Assembly: GCA_963836025.1 (NCBI GenBank)
Contig: CAWIIE010000014.1
Coordinates: 8,739-72,738 of the forward strand
Source of the DNA: an uncultured Actinomycetota bacterium
Lineage (GTDB): Bacteria; Actinomycetota; Actinomycetes; JBEVHX01
Length of the DNA: 64,000 bases
Direction of reading: 5' to 3'
The number at the start of each line of letters is the position of its first letter. Positions within the stretch are counted from its first letter, which is position 1. The translations under genes were made by a program, and so were the position numbers. Below the pieces are notes generated by a model, which saw only the letters and a list, made by a program, of their open reading frames with translations, was not told the origin of the DNA and made no database searches. Shown here piece by piece: positions 30,242-39,817 of this stretch.

Positions 30242-30400
30242 TCACCGTACGGGGGCCGACCACTCGTCCAGCACCTCGGCGAGTGTCGTGGCGCCGGGCT
30301 GCGGGGGTGGGGTCCGCACGGATCCGGGCGTCCTCGTGAAGCGAGGAGCCGGGGCAGGCTGGGTCATGCCGAAGGTGTCGACGAAGGTCTTTCGCGCCAT
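30242..30400 (-). pseudogene. 3' remnant of a CaiB/BaiF family-III CoA-transferase / alpha-methylacyl-CoA racemase gene
   Basis: ARKTFVDTFGMTQPAPAPRFTRTPGSV resembles the racemase C-terminal motif (HPHN.AR..F......QPAPAPRFSRTP). The remnant is only about 50 aa, directly upstream of the thioesterase. Confidence 0.4.
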
Positions 30401-30958
30401 CAGACGCGCTGAAGCAGGCACTCCCGCGGCTGCTCCCCGGAAGTACCGCGGTGGTGATCGGTGTCGGCGGCCTCGGCCACATGGCCGTTCAGCTACTGCG
30501 CGCTGTGACGGCGCGCGCATCATCGCGCTCGACGTCAGCGAGGAGAAACTCGCTCTCGCGGCAGGACTCGGCGCGCACCACACCCTGGTGTCCGATGACC
30601 AGGCGGCGACCAAGGTCCGCGAGCTGACCGACGGGGACGGAGCGCACGTGGTCTTCGACCTCGTCGGCGCTCAGGCGACCTTGGCAGCGGCCACGAGAAT
30701 GGTGTGCGTGGACGGGCAGATCATCGTCGTGGGTATGGGCGGCGGCTATGTCCCGGTTGGCTTCGGTCGTCTGCCGTTCTCAGTCTCGGTGTCTGTGCCG
30801 TTCGCGGGGCCCGTAGCGACCTCATCGAAGTGATCGACCTCGTCAGTGCTGGCGCGGTCAGCACTCATGTGCAGGCTTTCACGCTCGATGAGGCACCACA
30901 TGCATACGACCTGCTCAGCAAGGGCGGCATCGAGGGTCGCGCTGTCATCGTTCCGTGA
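30390..30958 (+). pseudogene. zinc-type alcohol dehydrogenase (MDR) pseudogene, 5'-truncated and frameshifted
   Basis: GSTAVVIGVGGLGHMAVQLLRAV, then a frameshift near 30500, then ARIIALDVSEEKLALAAGLGA...GQIIVVGMGGG, then a second shift near 30790, then LIEVIDLVSAGAV...GGIEGRAVIVP. The N-terminal catalytic domain is absent. Confidence 0.6.
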
Positions 30959-31003
30959 CGCTGGCCCCTCAGGTAGGGCGGTACCTGAGATGGCCCGCCA
31001 CGT

Positions 31004-31381
31004 TCACGTCTCGGGTCGGCTGTGGGAGCGGTCGGCGAGGAGAACACCGACTCCCGGGCCGACGATGACACCCACGATGGCGGGAGGCAACGAGGCGGTG
31101 AGGATCGACAACAGGCCACCGGCGACAACTGCGGCGAGTGCCAGCCAGCCCACCACAGAGGGTCGGTTGACCTCCAAGAAGGACGCGACCAGGCGCGAGC
31201 CGAACGGGTGGATCACGAGCATGATCAGCGGGAACGCAAGCAACCAGGCCGCGTCCGGATCGTGCCAGGAACCTAGCGCGTGGTTGGCGATGCGGGCATC
31301 GACGACAACGGCCGCCACGAGCCAGCAGATGCCCGTGACGACGGCGGCCCCGGCTGCCGTGACGAGGGCTCCTGCAGCCAT
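31004..31381 (-). CDS. hypothetical small membrane protein (about four TM)
   Basis: Likely start MAAGALVTAAGAAVVTGICWLVAAVVV... Hydrophobic, high GC3. Confidence 0.4.
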   Translation of the reverse strand: MAAGALVTAAGAAVVTGICWLVAAVVVDARIANHALGSWHDPDAAWLLAFPLIMLVIHPFGSRLVASFLEVNRPSVVGWLALAAVVAGGLLSILTASLPPAIVGVIVGPGVGVLLADRSHSRPET

Positions 31382-31489
31382 GGACTGAGAGATCACCGCG
31401 TCAGTATGACCAGCGACGCGAGTTCGAGAGCCACCGACCCGTCGATGACGGCACGGCGGCATTCGAGCAGTGCTCGCAGCTGAGTCGGC

Positions 31490-32602
31490 TCAAACGAAGA
31501 TGTCCTCCGGGAGGAAGGCGGACACGAGCATGTTCGGTACGTCGACGACTGCGCTCACCTTGAGATCGACCGCCACGCTGCACAGCGCATAGGCCTGCTG
31601 CCGGGTCCAGCCCCGCTCGACCAGGTGATCGATCATGTTCAGCAACGCATTCCGGGCTGCCAGGGTGACGTCCTCCGCGCGGTTCTCGCCCTCCCGGGTC
31701 ACCGAAATGCCGGTGGTGGCGTAGAAGCGGCGCGGCGCGGCGTACTCCGGGGGGAGGTAGTAGTCGTTCCGGGTGAAGCGCAAGTCACGGATGCCCTTCG
31801 CGGCGGCCTCGCCCTTGTGCACGGCGAACCGCACGTGCAGGGTGGCCCGCATCTCGATCGCGGTGCCGCAGGTCTCGCAGTCGCCTTGGGCGAAGTGTGC
31901 GTCGCCGGCCGAGAACAGCCCGCCGGGAGTGTCCACCGCGATCAACAGGTGGGCGCCCCTGCCGAGCTGCTTGATGTCGACGTTGCCGGCCTGCTCCCGT
32001 GGCGGGATGGTGCGCAGCGCCTCCGTGGCGATCGCCGGATCGTCCGGTACGGCGGACGCCGGCGACGGCGGCAGCACGAACCCACCGCGGTCGAGCAGCT
32101 CCTGCTCGCGCCTGGTCGTCGCCTCGAGCAGCTGCCGCCCCGGCGTCAGGCCGATGGTGCCCATGAACGGCGATCCCGGGATCCGCACACCGGGCAGGTC
32201 CGCCGAGGTCGCCCAGCCATCGGCGATGTCCCAGTTGATCTTGAACGGATCCGGAAACACGTCCCTCAAGAAGCCGAACCCAGGGACCTGGACTGTGTAG
32301 CCGTAGCTATCCGGCTCGACGTCGACGATCTCCACCTCGAGCAGGTCGCCCGGCTCTGCCCCTTCCACGTACACCGGCCCAGTGAGCGGGTGCACGACAT
32401 CCAGGTTCGGCGCGGCCACAACGTCCAGGCCCGCGGACGGTCCCATCTGCCCGTCGAACGCGTCGCGCGTCTCGAGGATGACATCGTCGCCCGGCTCGCA
32501 GCGGACCACCGGCGGGATGTCCGGATGCCAGCGGTTGTGCCCTGTGTTGGGCTCCTCCAGCAGCGTCTTGCTTCGGTCGATTCGGATCTCATGCGTGGCC
32601 AT
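31490..32602 (-). CDS. formamidase/acetamidase (FmdA/AmdA family)
   Basis: MATHEIRIDRSKTLLEEPNTGHNRWHPDIPP and CETCGTAIE are typical of the FmdA_AmdA family. Confidence 0.85.
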   Translation of the reverse strand: MATHEIRIDRSKTLLEEPNTGHNRWHPDIPPVVRCEPGDDVILETRDAFDGQMGPSAGLDVVAAPNLDVVHPLTGPVYVEGAEPGDLLEVEIVDVEPDSYGYTVQVPGFGFLRDVFPDPFKINWDIADGWATSADLPGVRIPGSPFMGTIGLTPGRQLLEATTRREQELLDRGGFVLPPSPASAVPDDPAIATEALRTIPPREQAGNVDIKQLGRGAHLLIAVDTPGGLFSAGDAHFAQGDCETCGTAIEMRATLHVRFAVHKGEAAAKGIRDLRFTRNDYYLPPEYAAPRRFYATTGISVTREGENRAEDVTLAARNALLNMIDHLVERGWTRQQAYALCSVAVDLKVSAVVDVPNMLVSAFLPEDIFV

Positions 32603-32639
32603 GCCGCCTCCGGTCGCCGCCATCCTGTCGGATTCCCAC

Positions 32640-34055
32640 CTACGACATTCCTGCGAGTTCTGCCATCCGGGCCATTCCTACTCCGACGGAGTTGCGAAAG
32701 CGCAGCACTGCAGCAGTGAGTTCAGCGGAGCCCGCCATGTCCGGGGGGATGCGAGCCGGATTGAGGGAGACTCGGCCGGCCCACGCCTTGATGTCGGGGT
32801 GAGACGCAAAGGCAATCGATGCTCGATTGCCCAGGACCTGCATCCGCGCCCAGTCGGCGGGCGTATTGGAGTACGGCGAGGGCGGGCACAGCCTGTTCTT
32901 CTCGTCGTTGTCGTCGATGATCGCCTCGACGTGGCCGGCCAGCGCCGCGCCGAAGCACGGAAAGCCGGCCCGGATCAGCTGCAGCGTGATCGCCTCGTCA
33001 CCCCAGATCGGAACCAGCGGCGGATACTGCAGCCCCGATGCGGCGCAGTGAACGACCACGGCGTTCTTCGCCGTAGCAACCTCACCCTCGCCGAACACCA
33101 ACCGGGTCTGCTCCACGCGCTGGATGTGCCCGAGCCGGACGACGTTGTCGATCGTGCGCAGTCGGTCGAGTTCCCACTGTGCGAGCGTCGGAGTCTTCGC
33201 CATCGTGGGAGTCACCGTCCGGTCGATGCGCAGCATCACCCCGGCTTCCTCCAAGCGGAAGAACAAGTCGTCCGGAGATGCTGCGTCGGCCGCTGCCTCC
33301 AACGAGTCCGCCGCCATTCCAATGAAGACAGCCGGGTCGGGCTGGACCACCGCACGGTTGAGCATCCACGGGTCGCGCGGCCGCACCCAACAGATCGCGT
33401 CTGGATCAACCCCGTTGTCGAGCAGCCAGATGCACGCATCCGTAGCGGTTTTCCCTGAACCGACGATCACATACTGCGAAGGTGCTCCACCAAGGTTGAC
33501 CAGATCGTTGACCGCGACGGCTTGCACGCCGTCCGCAATTTCGAACGGCGCTGGCGCTGTCGCCGGTATCTGAGGGGAAAGGTACCGGGCGTCAACAACG
33601 CGCCGACGGCCGCGAACCTCGTAGCGCTTTCCGGAGAGACGGGACACGAACCGACCCTCACCGAGGTAGTCACAGTTCGGGTAGAAGGACACCTTGCCGG
33701 AATCAAGCATCCGCTCGCGCAGCACCCGGGCGTAGTACGCGCAGATCTCCGGCGCAGTCGCGCGCTCGTGCAAGCCAGCCTCCGGCCCGTTCTGCTGGAT
33801 GCGCCCGTCGCCGAGCAGCGTCGAGGCCACGCCGTAGAACGCGGATGCCTGGTGGAGACGGACAAAGGGGTATGCGTCCAGCCAATGCCCACCGACGCCG
33901 TGGCGACGGTCGACCATGACCACGTTGACGTCCGCATGCTCGATCAGCGCGTCCGTGAACGCCATCCCCGCCGCGCCTGCTCCGACGACCAGATAGTCGG
34001 CTTCTAACATCCCCACCACGGGCCCAGGCTGATCCCCGCTTCGCCAGCGGGTCAA
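32640..34055 (-). CDS. FAD/NAD(P)-binding oxidoreductase (flavin monooxygenase-like)
   Basis: DYLVVGAGAAGMAFTDAL GxGxxG and a second YVIVGSGKTATD motif. 471 aa. The start may be ATG 34010. Confidence 0.7.
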   Translation of the reverse strand: MTRWRSGDQPGPVVGMLEADYLVVGAGAAGMAFTDALIEHADVNVVMVDRRHGVGGHWLDAYPFVRLHQASAFYGVASTLLGDGRIQQNGPEAGLHERATAPEICAYYARVLRERMLDSGKVSFYPNCDYLGEGRFVSRLSGKRYEVRGRRRVVDARYLSPQIPATAPAPFEIADGVQAVAVNDLVNLGGAPSQYVIVGSGKTATDACIWLLDNGVDPDAICWVRPRDPWMLNRAVVQPDPAVFIGMAADSLEAAADAASPDDLFFRLEEAGVMLRIDRTVTPTMAKTPTLAQWELDRLRTIDNVVRLGHIQRVEQTRLVFGEGEVATAKNAVVVHCAASGLQYPPLVPIWGDEAITLQLIRAGFPCFGAALAGHVEAIIDDNDEKNRLCPPSPYSNTPADWARMQVLGNRASIAFASHPDIKAWAGRVSLNPARIPPDMAGSAELTAAVLRFRNSVGVGMARMAELAGMS

Positions 34056-34076
34056 CAGCCTCGCGGGTCAAGACCA

Positions 34077-34809
34077 TCAGCCCGCGTGGCGCCTCTGAGT
34101 CAACGTAGGGCCGGCGGTCGACTGACCGAGGCGCTGGACCGGCTTGATGTGGGCGAAGGCGCTGCGGGCGTTCCACGTGGGAAAGGCCCGTACGAGCCAT
34201 GACGGGCCGTGGAGTTGGATGCGGCCGTCGCGGGTGGCTTCGGCCCAGGTGAGCTGTCCGGCATGCCATTTGACGAATGCCTCGGCTTCCGCCGTGATGT
34301 AGAGGTCCTCGTCGAGGCCCGGGTACTCCTTGCAGATCTCGGTGTCTGCGTGCTCGATCAGCAGCCAGTACCGCTCCGGGCGCCGGCGGCCGGTGAAGTC
34401 GAAGCGGATGACGACGCGGCGGTCCGGGAGTCGGTCTCGGCGGAGCATGTTGCACATCGACCACAGCGCCACAAAGGGATCGAGGTGCTCGGGGGCGATC
34501 TCGAGCCAGGCGGCACCCCACTCGCCGAGCGACACGCATACCTTGAACAGGTCGTGACCCGCGGGCGTGAGCTCGTAGTGGCGTCCGCGCCGCCCTTCGG
34601 CGCTTGGGTGCTGACTCGACGATGCCGAGCCGTTCGAGCTGTCTGAGCCGCTGCGCGAGCAGGGTGCGCGAGAGCCCAGGCGCGCCCTGCAGGATCTCAC
34701 TGAAGCTTCCGCAGCCCAGCCACAGGTTGCGGATGATCACTGGCGTCCAGCGCTCGGCGAAGATCTCGGCGCCACGCGCGATTGGACAGTACTGGCCGTA
34801 CGTCCGCAC
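34077..34809 (-). pseudogene. HxlR-type (MarR-like) transcriptional regulator with C-terminal domain; frameshifted paralog of 56843-57553
   Basis: MRTYGQYCPIARGAEIFAERWTPVIIRNL...LERLGIVESAPK is in one frame. The continuation RRGRHYELTPAGHDLF...VIRFDFTG is in the -1 frame, with the shift near 34600 (cccaag). The intact paralog reads through in one frame. Confidence 0.55.
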
Positions 34810-34957
34810 GACGCCAGTGTCGCCCTCATGCCGACTGCTGTGAAGTCCAGATTCTTGACTTCACGGCCGTCGGCCACGGTGGTGCCATGACGGGCGAGGA
34901 GCACGTGGACGACACCGACCACCGAGCAGCTCGGCCGTGAGCGAGGAGGCAACCACG

Positions 34958-36376
34958 ATGGAGATCGACGGGTTCCGGGGCCAGCTGATCACTGCGGACA
35001 GCGCCGACTACGACACCGCCCGAGGCGTGTGGAACGGCGCGGTCGACCGGCGCCCCCGGCTGATCGCCCGATGCAGCGGGAGTGCCGACGTGGTTGCTGC
35101 CGTGCGCTTCGCCCGCGACCACGACCTCTTGATCGCCGTCCGGGGCGGAGGGCACAACGTGGCCGGCACCGCGGTGTGCGACGACGGGATCGTCATCGAC
35201 CTCTCGGCGATGCGGGCCAGCTGGGTCGACCCGGTCGGCCGCACAGCCTTGGTGCAGGGTGGCGCGCTGTGGGGCGACGTCGACCACGAGACACAGGCCC
35301 ACGGTCTGGCCACCACCGGCGGCATTGTTGGCCATACCGGGGTCGCCGGGCTGACTCTCGGCGGTGGCATCGGCTGGCTCATGCGCAAACACGGGCTCAC
35401 TGTCGACAACCTGCTTGCCGCCGAGGTGGTCACCGCCGATGGCAGCATCGTCCGGGCATATGCCGATGAACATGCCGACCTGTTCTGGGCGCTGCGAGGC
35501 GGCGGCGGAAACTTCGGCGTCGTCACCTCGTTCCAGTTCGCACTGCACCCCGTCGGCCCGACGGTGATGGCCGGCCCCGTCTTCTGGCCAGCCGACGACA
35601 CCACCGACGTGCTGGGCTTCTACCGGGACTTCATCGCCGAAGCGCCCGACGAGCTCGGCACCGTCATCAGGCTCGGCACCGTCCCCCCGCTGCCCGGCAT
35701 CCCCGAGGGCCTGCACTGGCGGCCAGCCATCGCCGTGGCCTGCTGCTACGCCGGCGCCGTCGAAGACGGCGAGCATGCGGTACGGGCACTCCGCCGGTTC
35801 GGGACACCGCTCGTGGACCTGATCTCACCCTCCGCGTACGTCGGCCACCAGCGCGCCATCGACGACACCGTCCCTCACGGGTGGCACTACTACTGGAAGG
35901 GCACAAACCTCGCCGGTCTGTCGGACGAGGCCATCGCCGTCATCGCCGATCACGCGTATGCCACCGGTTCGCCTCGCTCGTACGCGGCGATCTTCCACAT
36001 CGGTGGCGCCGTCGCCCGAGTGCCCCACGGCGCCACCGCATACGCCGGTCGCGACGTGCTCCACACCATGAGCATCGACGGCGTATGGCTCCCCGACGAG
36101 TCCGGCGAGGTCGCCGCGGGCGAGACCGCTTGGGCGCGGGGGTTCCTCGAAGCCCTCCAACCCCACAGCGCCGGTGTCTACGTCAACTTCCTCGATGCCG
36201 ACGACGACCACAGCCGCGTTCGCGAGGCATACGGTGATCGCATCTACGGGCGACTCGCCAAGGTCAAGGCCAAGTACGACCCGGACAACGCCTTCCACCA
36301 CAACAAGAACATCCGCCCGGTTGGACGGACGGACCTTCAATCAGACCGGTCTGGGGCGGACCGAGTCTCGGCCTAA
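34958..36376 (+). CDS. FAD-linked oxidase (FAD_binding_4 plus BBE-like C-terminal domain; 6-hydroxy-D-nicotine oxidase family)
   Basis: PRLIARCSGSADVVAAVRFARDHDLLIAVRGGGHN and FWALRGGGGNFGVVTSF. The BBE-like tail is YDPDNAFHHNKNI. Confidence 0.85.
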   Translation: MEIDGFRGQLITADSADYDTARGVWNGAVDRRPRLIARCSGSADVVAAVRFARDHDLLIAVRGGGHNVAGTAVCDDGIVIDLSAMRASWVDPVGRTALVQGGALWGDVDHETQAHGLATTGGIVGHTGVAGLTLGGGIGWLMRKHGLTVDNLLAAEVVTADGSIVRAYADEHADLFWALRGGGGNFGVVTSFQFALHPVGPTVMAGPVFWPADDTTDVLGFYRDFIAEAPDELGTVIRLGTVPPLPGIPEGLHWRPAIAVACCYAGAVEDGEHAVRALRRFGTPLVDLISPSAYVGHQRAIDDTVPHGWHYYWKGTNLAGLSDEAIAVIADHAYATGSPRSYAAIFHIGGAVARVPHGATAYAGRDVLHTMSIDGVWLPDESGEVAAGETAWARGFLEALQPHSAGVYVNFLDADDDHSRVREAYGDRIYGRLAKVKAKYDPDNAFHHNKNIRPVGRTDLQSDRSGADRVSA

Positions 36377-36467
36377 GCGTGCCGTCACGTCAGCAGGTGA
36401 CCGCTGGCGAGTCGGCAGAGCCCGGCAAGCTGAATCCCGTCTGTGCGGGCATAGGGCTTATCGCTTG

Positions 36468-36887
36468 ATGTCGGGCTTTGCGGCCACCTCCGACGACGAC
36501 AGCGTCGCGCAGCTGACCGAGATGTCCAAGGTCGTGTTCTCCTCGACCGTGAAACAGCCGTTGGCCTGGGCCAACACGCGCCTGGTCGACGAAGACCCAG
36601 TCGAGACCGCGCGGTCGCTGAAGGCGGAAAGCACCCGTGGGTTACGCACGATCGGCAGCCTCACCTTGTGCCGGGCCTTGCTCGAGGCCGGCCTCGTCGA
36701 CCGCTTCCGGGTGGTTGTCTTCCCCGTCATCACCGGCAGCACCGGGCGGGAGCGAATCTACGACGGCTATCCCGACGTCGCCCTCGAGATGGTCGCCAGC
36801 CATACATTCGACGGCAGGCTCCAACTGCTCGAGTACGTGCCCACCGTCCTCACCGGTCCGCCGAGCAGCGATCACTCCACGACCTAA
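36468..36887 (+). CDS. dihydrofolate-reductase-like (RibD C-terminal domain) protein, apparently N-terminally truncated
   Basis: It aligns only to the second half of RibD_C proteins (TIGSLTLCRALLEAGLVDRFRVVVFPVITGSTG). The first canonical start is at 36468. The upstream in-frame sequence is low-complexity. Confidence 0.45.
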   Translation: MSGFAATSDDDSVAQLTEMSKVVFSSTVKQPLAWANTRLVDEDPVETARSLKAESTRGLRTIGSLTLCRALLEAGLVDRFRVVVFPVITGSTGRERIYDGYPDVALEMVASHTFDGRLQLLEYVPTVLTGPPSSDHSTT

Positions 36888-36949
36888 CCGCGGCACCACA
36901 CGCGGTCTGCTGGCACCTATCCGGCGGACTCGACGTCCGTCGGGCCGTG

Positions 36950-37132
36950 TCAGACGGCCAGCGCCGCGTCGCTGCGCGCCGTGGCTGCCTTGCCGGTCAG
37001 CCAGGTCTGCTGTGCGCCACACCAGCAGATGTGGGTCACCTGGATGCCGGCGTCAGTGTTGACGACTGACCTGACCCGGCTCGCGAAGACGAGTTGTCGC
37101 TGGCCGCATGCGGTGCAGACGTGGTCGAACAT
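36950..37132 (-). CDS. small zinc-ribbon protein (60 aa, two Cys pairs)
   Basis: A GGAGG RBS precedes ATG 37132. MFDHVCTACGQRQ...HICWCGAQQ. Divergent from the LysR gene. Confidence 0.4.
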   Translation of the reverse strand: MFDHVCTACGQRQLVFASRVRSVVNTDAGIQVTHICWCGAQQTWLTGKAATARSDAALAV

Positions 37133-37235
37133 GATGACCTCCCTCGATGGACGTGGACTTCTGCAGCACCGATCCTGACGGACAATGACCAATAGAGGTA
37201 GCCTCTCTTTTCTTCACTAACTCAAGGACAGACCT

Positions 37236-38162
37236 ATGCTTTCGCTCCATCAACTGCGCTGCTTCCTCGCGACCTACGAGACCGGGTCGTTGACCGCCGC
37301 GGCCGCGCAGCTCGGGTATGCCCAGCCGTCGGTCTCCGAGCAGATCCGCAGTCTGGAGACCTCGCTGCAGACCACGTTGTTCCACCGGGTCGGCCGCGGC
37401 GTCGTCCCCACCACGGTGGCCGACTCGCTGCGACCGCACGCCGAGGCGACGCTGGCCGCCGCCGAGCAGGCCCGACGCGCGGTGGCGAGCGTGACCGCGA
37501 TGGAGACCGGGACGATCCGGTTCGGGATGTTCGGCACCGCACGGCTGTATGCCGGGGCCGGGCTGGTCGCCGACGTGCTCGCCCGACACCCCGGCGTACG
37601 GGTCGAGCTGATCGGACAGAACTCCACCGACGTCCAGGAGGACCTGCGCCGCGGTCGGATCGAGGCGGCGATGATCGCGGTGACCGCCGTCGCGAGCGAA
37701 GGCATGCAGGTCACACCGGTCGCACGCGACGAGCTCGTCTACATCAGCGCTGACCCCGACGCGCTCCGGTCAGCGGTGACCGTTCACCGGCTGGCCAACG
37801 CGGCCCTCGTGATGCCCGAGACCACCTGGCGGAACACCGACTCCACCCGCATGGTCCTGCGCCAGATGCTGCACGAACTTGGCCACAACCCGCAGACCCG
37901 GATCGAGGTCGAAGACGTCGAGACCGCGGTCGAGCTGGTCGGCATGGGCCTGGCCGACTCGGTCATCCCCCGCGGCGCGGCCGAACAACTCCTGCCCAGG
38001 CTGGCGCCGCACGCAGGCTGGGTGTCGCTCCGGCCGCGCCAATTCGACACCTTCGCCATCGTGCATCGCGCCGGCGCCACCCTGTCGCCCCCCGCCAGGC
38101 TCATGACCGAGCTGGCGACCCGCCGGATCCAAGAGATCGCCGAGCCGGTACGGCCACGCTGA
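37236..38162 (+). CDS. LysR-family transcriptional regulator
   Basis: The N-terminal HTH is MLSLHQLRCFLATYETGSLTAAAAQLGYAQPSVSEQIRSLE, with a LysR substrate-binding domain. 308 aa. Confidence 0.9.
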   Translation: MLSLHQLRCFLATYETGSLTAAAAQLGYAQPSVSEQIRSLETSLQTTLFHRVGRGVVPTTVADSLRPHAEATLAAAEQARRAVASVTAMETGTIRFGMFGTARLYAGAGLVADVLARHPGVRVELIGQNSTDVQEDLRRGRIEAAMIAVTAVASEGMQVTPVARDELVYISADPDALRSAVTVHRLANAALVMPETTWRNTDSTRMVLRQMLHELGHNPQTRIEVEDVETAVELVGMGLADSVIPRGAAEQLLPRLAPHAGWVSLRPRQFDTFAIVHRAGATLSPPARLMTELATRRIQEIAEPVRPR

Positions 38163-38288
38163 TCGACGCTCCGCCGCAAGGGCTAGCGGGGGGAGCCCGA
38201 TCTGATCGCTGCTCGCGCCGCATTGGACGCCTGGCACAATCGCAACAGGATGCTTCGGTCACAAAGTCCGGGGTCCGGATGGCAACCT

Positions 38289-38318
38289 GCCGACCTCGTC
38301 GGTCCGTCTATCGGGTGG
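38289..38318 (+). promoter_or_regulatory. candidate autoregulated ECF-type promoter (GGCAAC-N17-CGTCTA) upstream of the sigma gene at 38332
   Basis: ggcaacctgccgacctcgtcggtccgtcta resembles the actinobacterial SigE/SigH-type GGAAC-N16-18-CGTT consensus. Confidence 0.25.
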
Positions 38319-38331
38319 AGGCGGTGCAGGG

Positions 38332-38853
38332 ATGCACAGCGGAGACGAGGCGGACTACCGGGCGTACGTGAGCGGGCGCTCGCTGGCCCTGCGCCGCACC
38401 GCATACCTGCTGTGCGGTGACTGGCATCAAGCGGAGGACCTGGTCCAGTCCGTGTTCACGTCGCTGTACGTCAATTGGCACCGCGTCCGCGACCGAGACA
38501 GCCTGGACGGCTACGTCCGCACGACGCTGGTCCGCCGGGTCATCGACGAGTCGCGCCGGCCCTGGCGACGGGAGACCGCGAGTGATCGCCTCCCTGACGG
38601 CGCATCACCCGACGATTTCTCGATCGAGGATCGTGCGCTGGTGCGCGCGGCACTGCGCCAACTGCCGGTGCGGCAGCGAGCCGTCGTCGTGCTGCGCTTC
38701 TTCGACGACCTCGACGTGGCCACGACCGCCCAGCTCCTCGGCTGCTCGACTGGCACCGTCAAGAGCCACACCGCCCGCGCGCTCGCCAGCCTGCGCACCC
38801 AGCTGGGTGCGTACTGGCCGGTGCCCTCTGACTTCGATGGAGGCATCCGATGA
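38332..38853 (+). CDS. ECF sigma factor (SigE-like subgroup of actinobacteria)
   Basis: ADYRAYVSGRSLALRRTAYLLCGDWHQAEDLVQ (region 2) and LLGCSTGTVKSHTARALASLR (region 4). Confidence 0.85.
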   Translation: MHSGDEADYRAYVSGRSLALRRTAYLLCGDWHQAEDLVQSVFTSLYVNWHRVRDRDSLDGYVRTTLVRRVIDESRRPWRRETASDRLPDGASPDDFSIEDRALVRAALRQLPVRQRAVVVLRFFDDLDVATTAQLLGCSTGTVKSHTARALASLRTQLGAYWPVPSDFDGGIR

Positions 38854-39695
38854 CACACCACGACGAGAGCGGCGGGCTCGGAGTGCTGCTGCGCAGGGCT
38901 GTCGACGTTGAGCCGGCACTCGGGTTCACCGCCGATCAGCTAGTCGCGCGGGGTCGGCGCGCGCGCCTTGTCCGCGGCTCACTCGCGGGACTGAGCGCGG
39001 TCGCGACCGTTTCGGTCATCGCGCTCGTGGCGCTCACCGTGCGCGGGCCCGGTGGCGGCGACGGCGGCGCGGCCACGATCGGCACCCTGGCCGCCGCGCC
39101 CGGCAACGGCCCGGCGGCAACAACTTCGTTGTCCCAGCACAACCTGGCTGCGACGCTGCAGGACCAACTCGGCGTGACCTTCCGCACGGTCACGGTGCAC
39201 GAGCGGATGCGGATGCCATCCGGCAACCCGGCGTTGGACCTGCACGGGTCGATCGCCGACCCGACCGGCGACACCGCGTTCGCCTTCGGCATGGTCAGCG
39301 TGGACGACAACAGCGACGGCACCCACCCGTCACCAGGTCCGCGGCTGCTGCCCGACTGCAATGGCAGCGACTTCACCATCGGCAACGACGGGCCCCCCGA
39401 GTCCGCATACGTCGGCACATGCACCGCACGCACACTGGCCAACGGGACGGTCGTCATCTGGCGCAGCGGTCGCGCGCCAGACGGATATGCGCGCTCCGCC
39501 GCCATGCTCGGCCGGCCGGATGGTTCCGGATTGTTCGTCGAGTCGACGAACCAGGCCATGGTCGACCCCAGCACCTGCGTCGAGAACTCCGCGGGCAAGC
39601 ACTGCCCGATCGCTCCGATCGTGCAAACGGACCCGGGCGTGACCGCGCTGGCGCTCGGCGACCTGCTGATCGCGCTGGAACCTGCGACCCGGTAA
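38850..39695 (+). CDS. membrane-anchored protein encoded downstream of the ECF sigma gene (possible cognate anti-sigma/partner)
   Basis: 4-nt overlap (ATGA). The single TM is LAGLSAVATVSVIALVALTV. The extracytoplasmic domain has four Cys. Confidence 0.5.
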   Translation: MTHHDESGGLGVLLRRAVDVEPALGFTADQLVARGRRARLVRGSLAGLSAVATVSVIALVALTVRGPGGGDGGAATIGTLAAAPGNGPAATTSLSQHNLAATLQDQLGVTFRTVTVHERMRMPSGNPALDLHGSIADPTGDTAFAFGMVSVDDNSDGTHPSPGPRLLPDCNGSDFTIGNDGPPESAYVGTCTARTLANGTVVIWRSGRAPDGYARSAAMLGRPDGSGLFVESTNQAMVDPSTCVENSAGKHCPIAPIVQTDPGVTALALGDLLIALEPATR

Positions 39696-39817
39696 ACACC
39701 GGTCGTCGGTGGCCACTGGGAGTCAATCAGCCGACTGTCGATGCGGGAGTAACCGCTGCGGTCAGCCCATGCCGGAGGGGCGGCGCGCGAGTACGCGGGC
39801 GCGCCCGTGCAGTCGGG

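Larger units (their letters stand above)
29741..30400. repeat. about 650-bp segmental duplication, copy 1 (thioesterase gene plus racemase 3' tail); copy 2 at 58658-59330
   Basis: Direct nucleotide comparison gives about 85-90% identity, same orientation, and includes the adjoining intergenic/remnant sequence. Confidence 0.7.

Noticed and set aside
36174-36467. N-terminal 98 aa of the tool's 237-aa ORF
   Set aside because: It is low complexity (S/T/R-rich) with rare codons. RibD_C similarity begins only at the internal ATG 36468.
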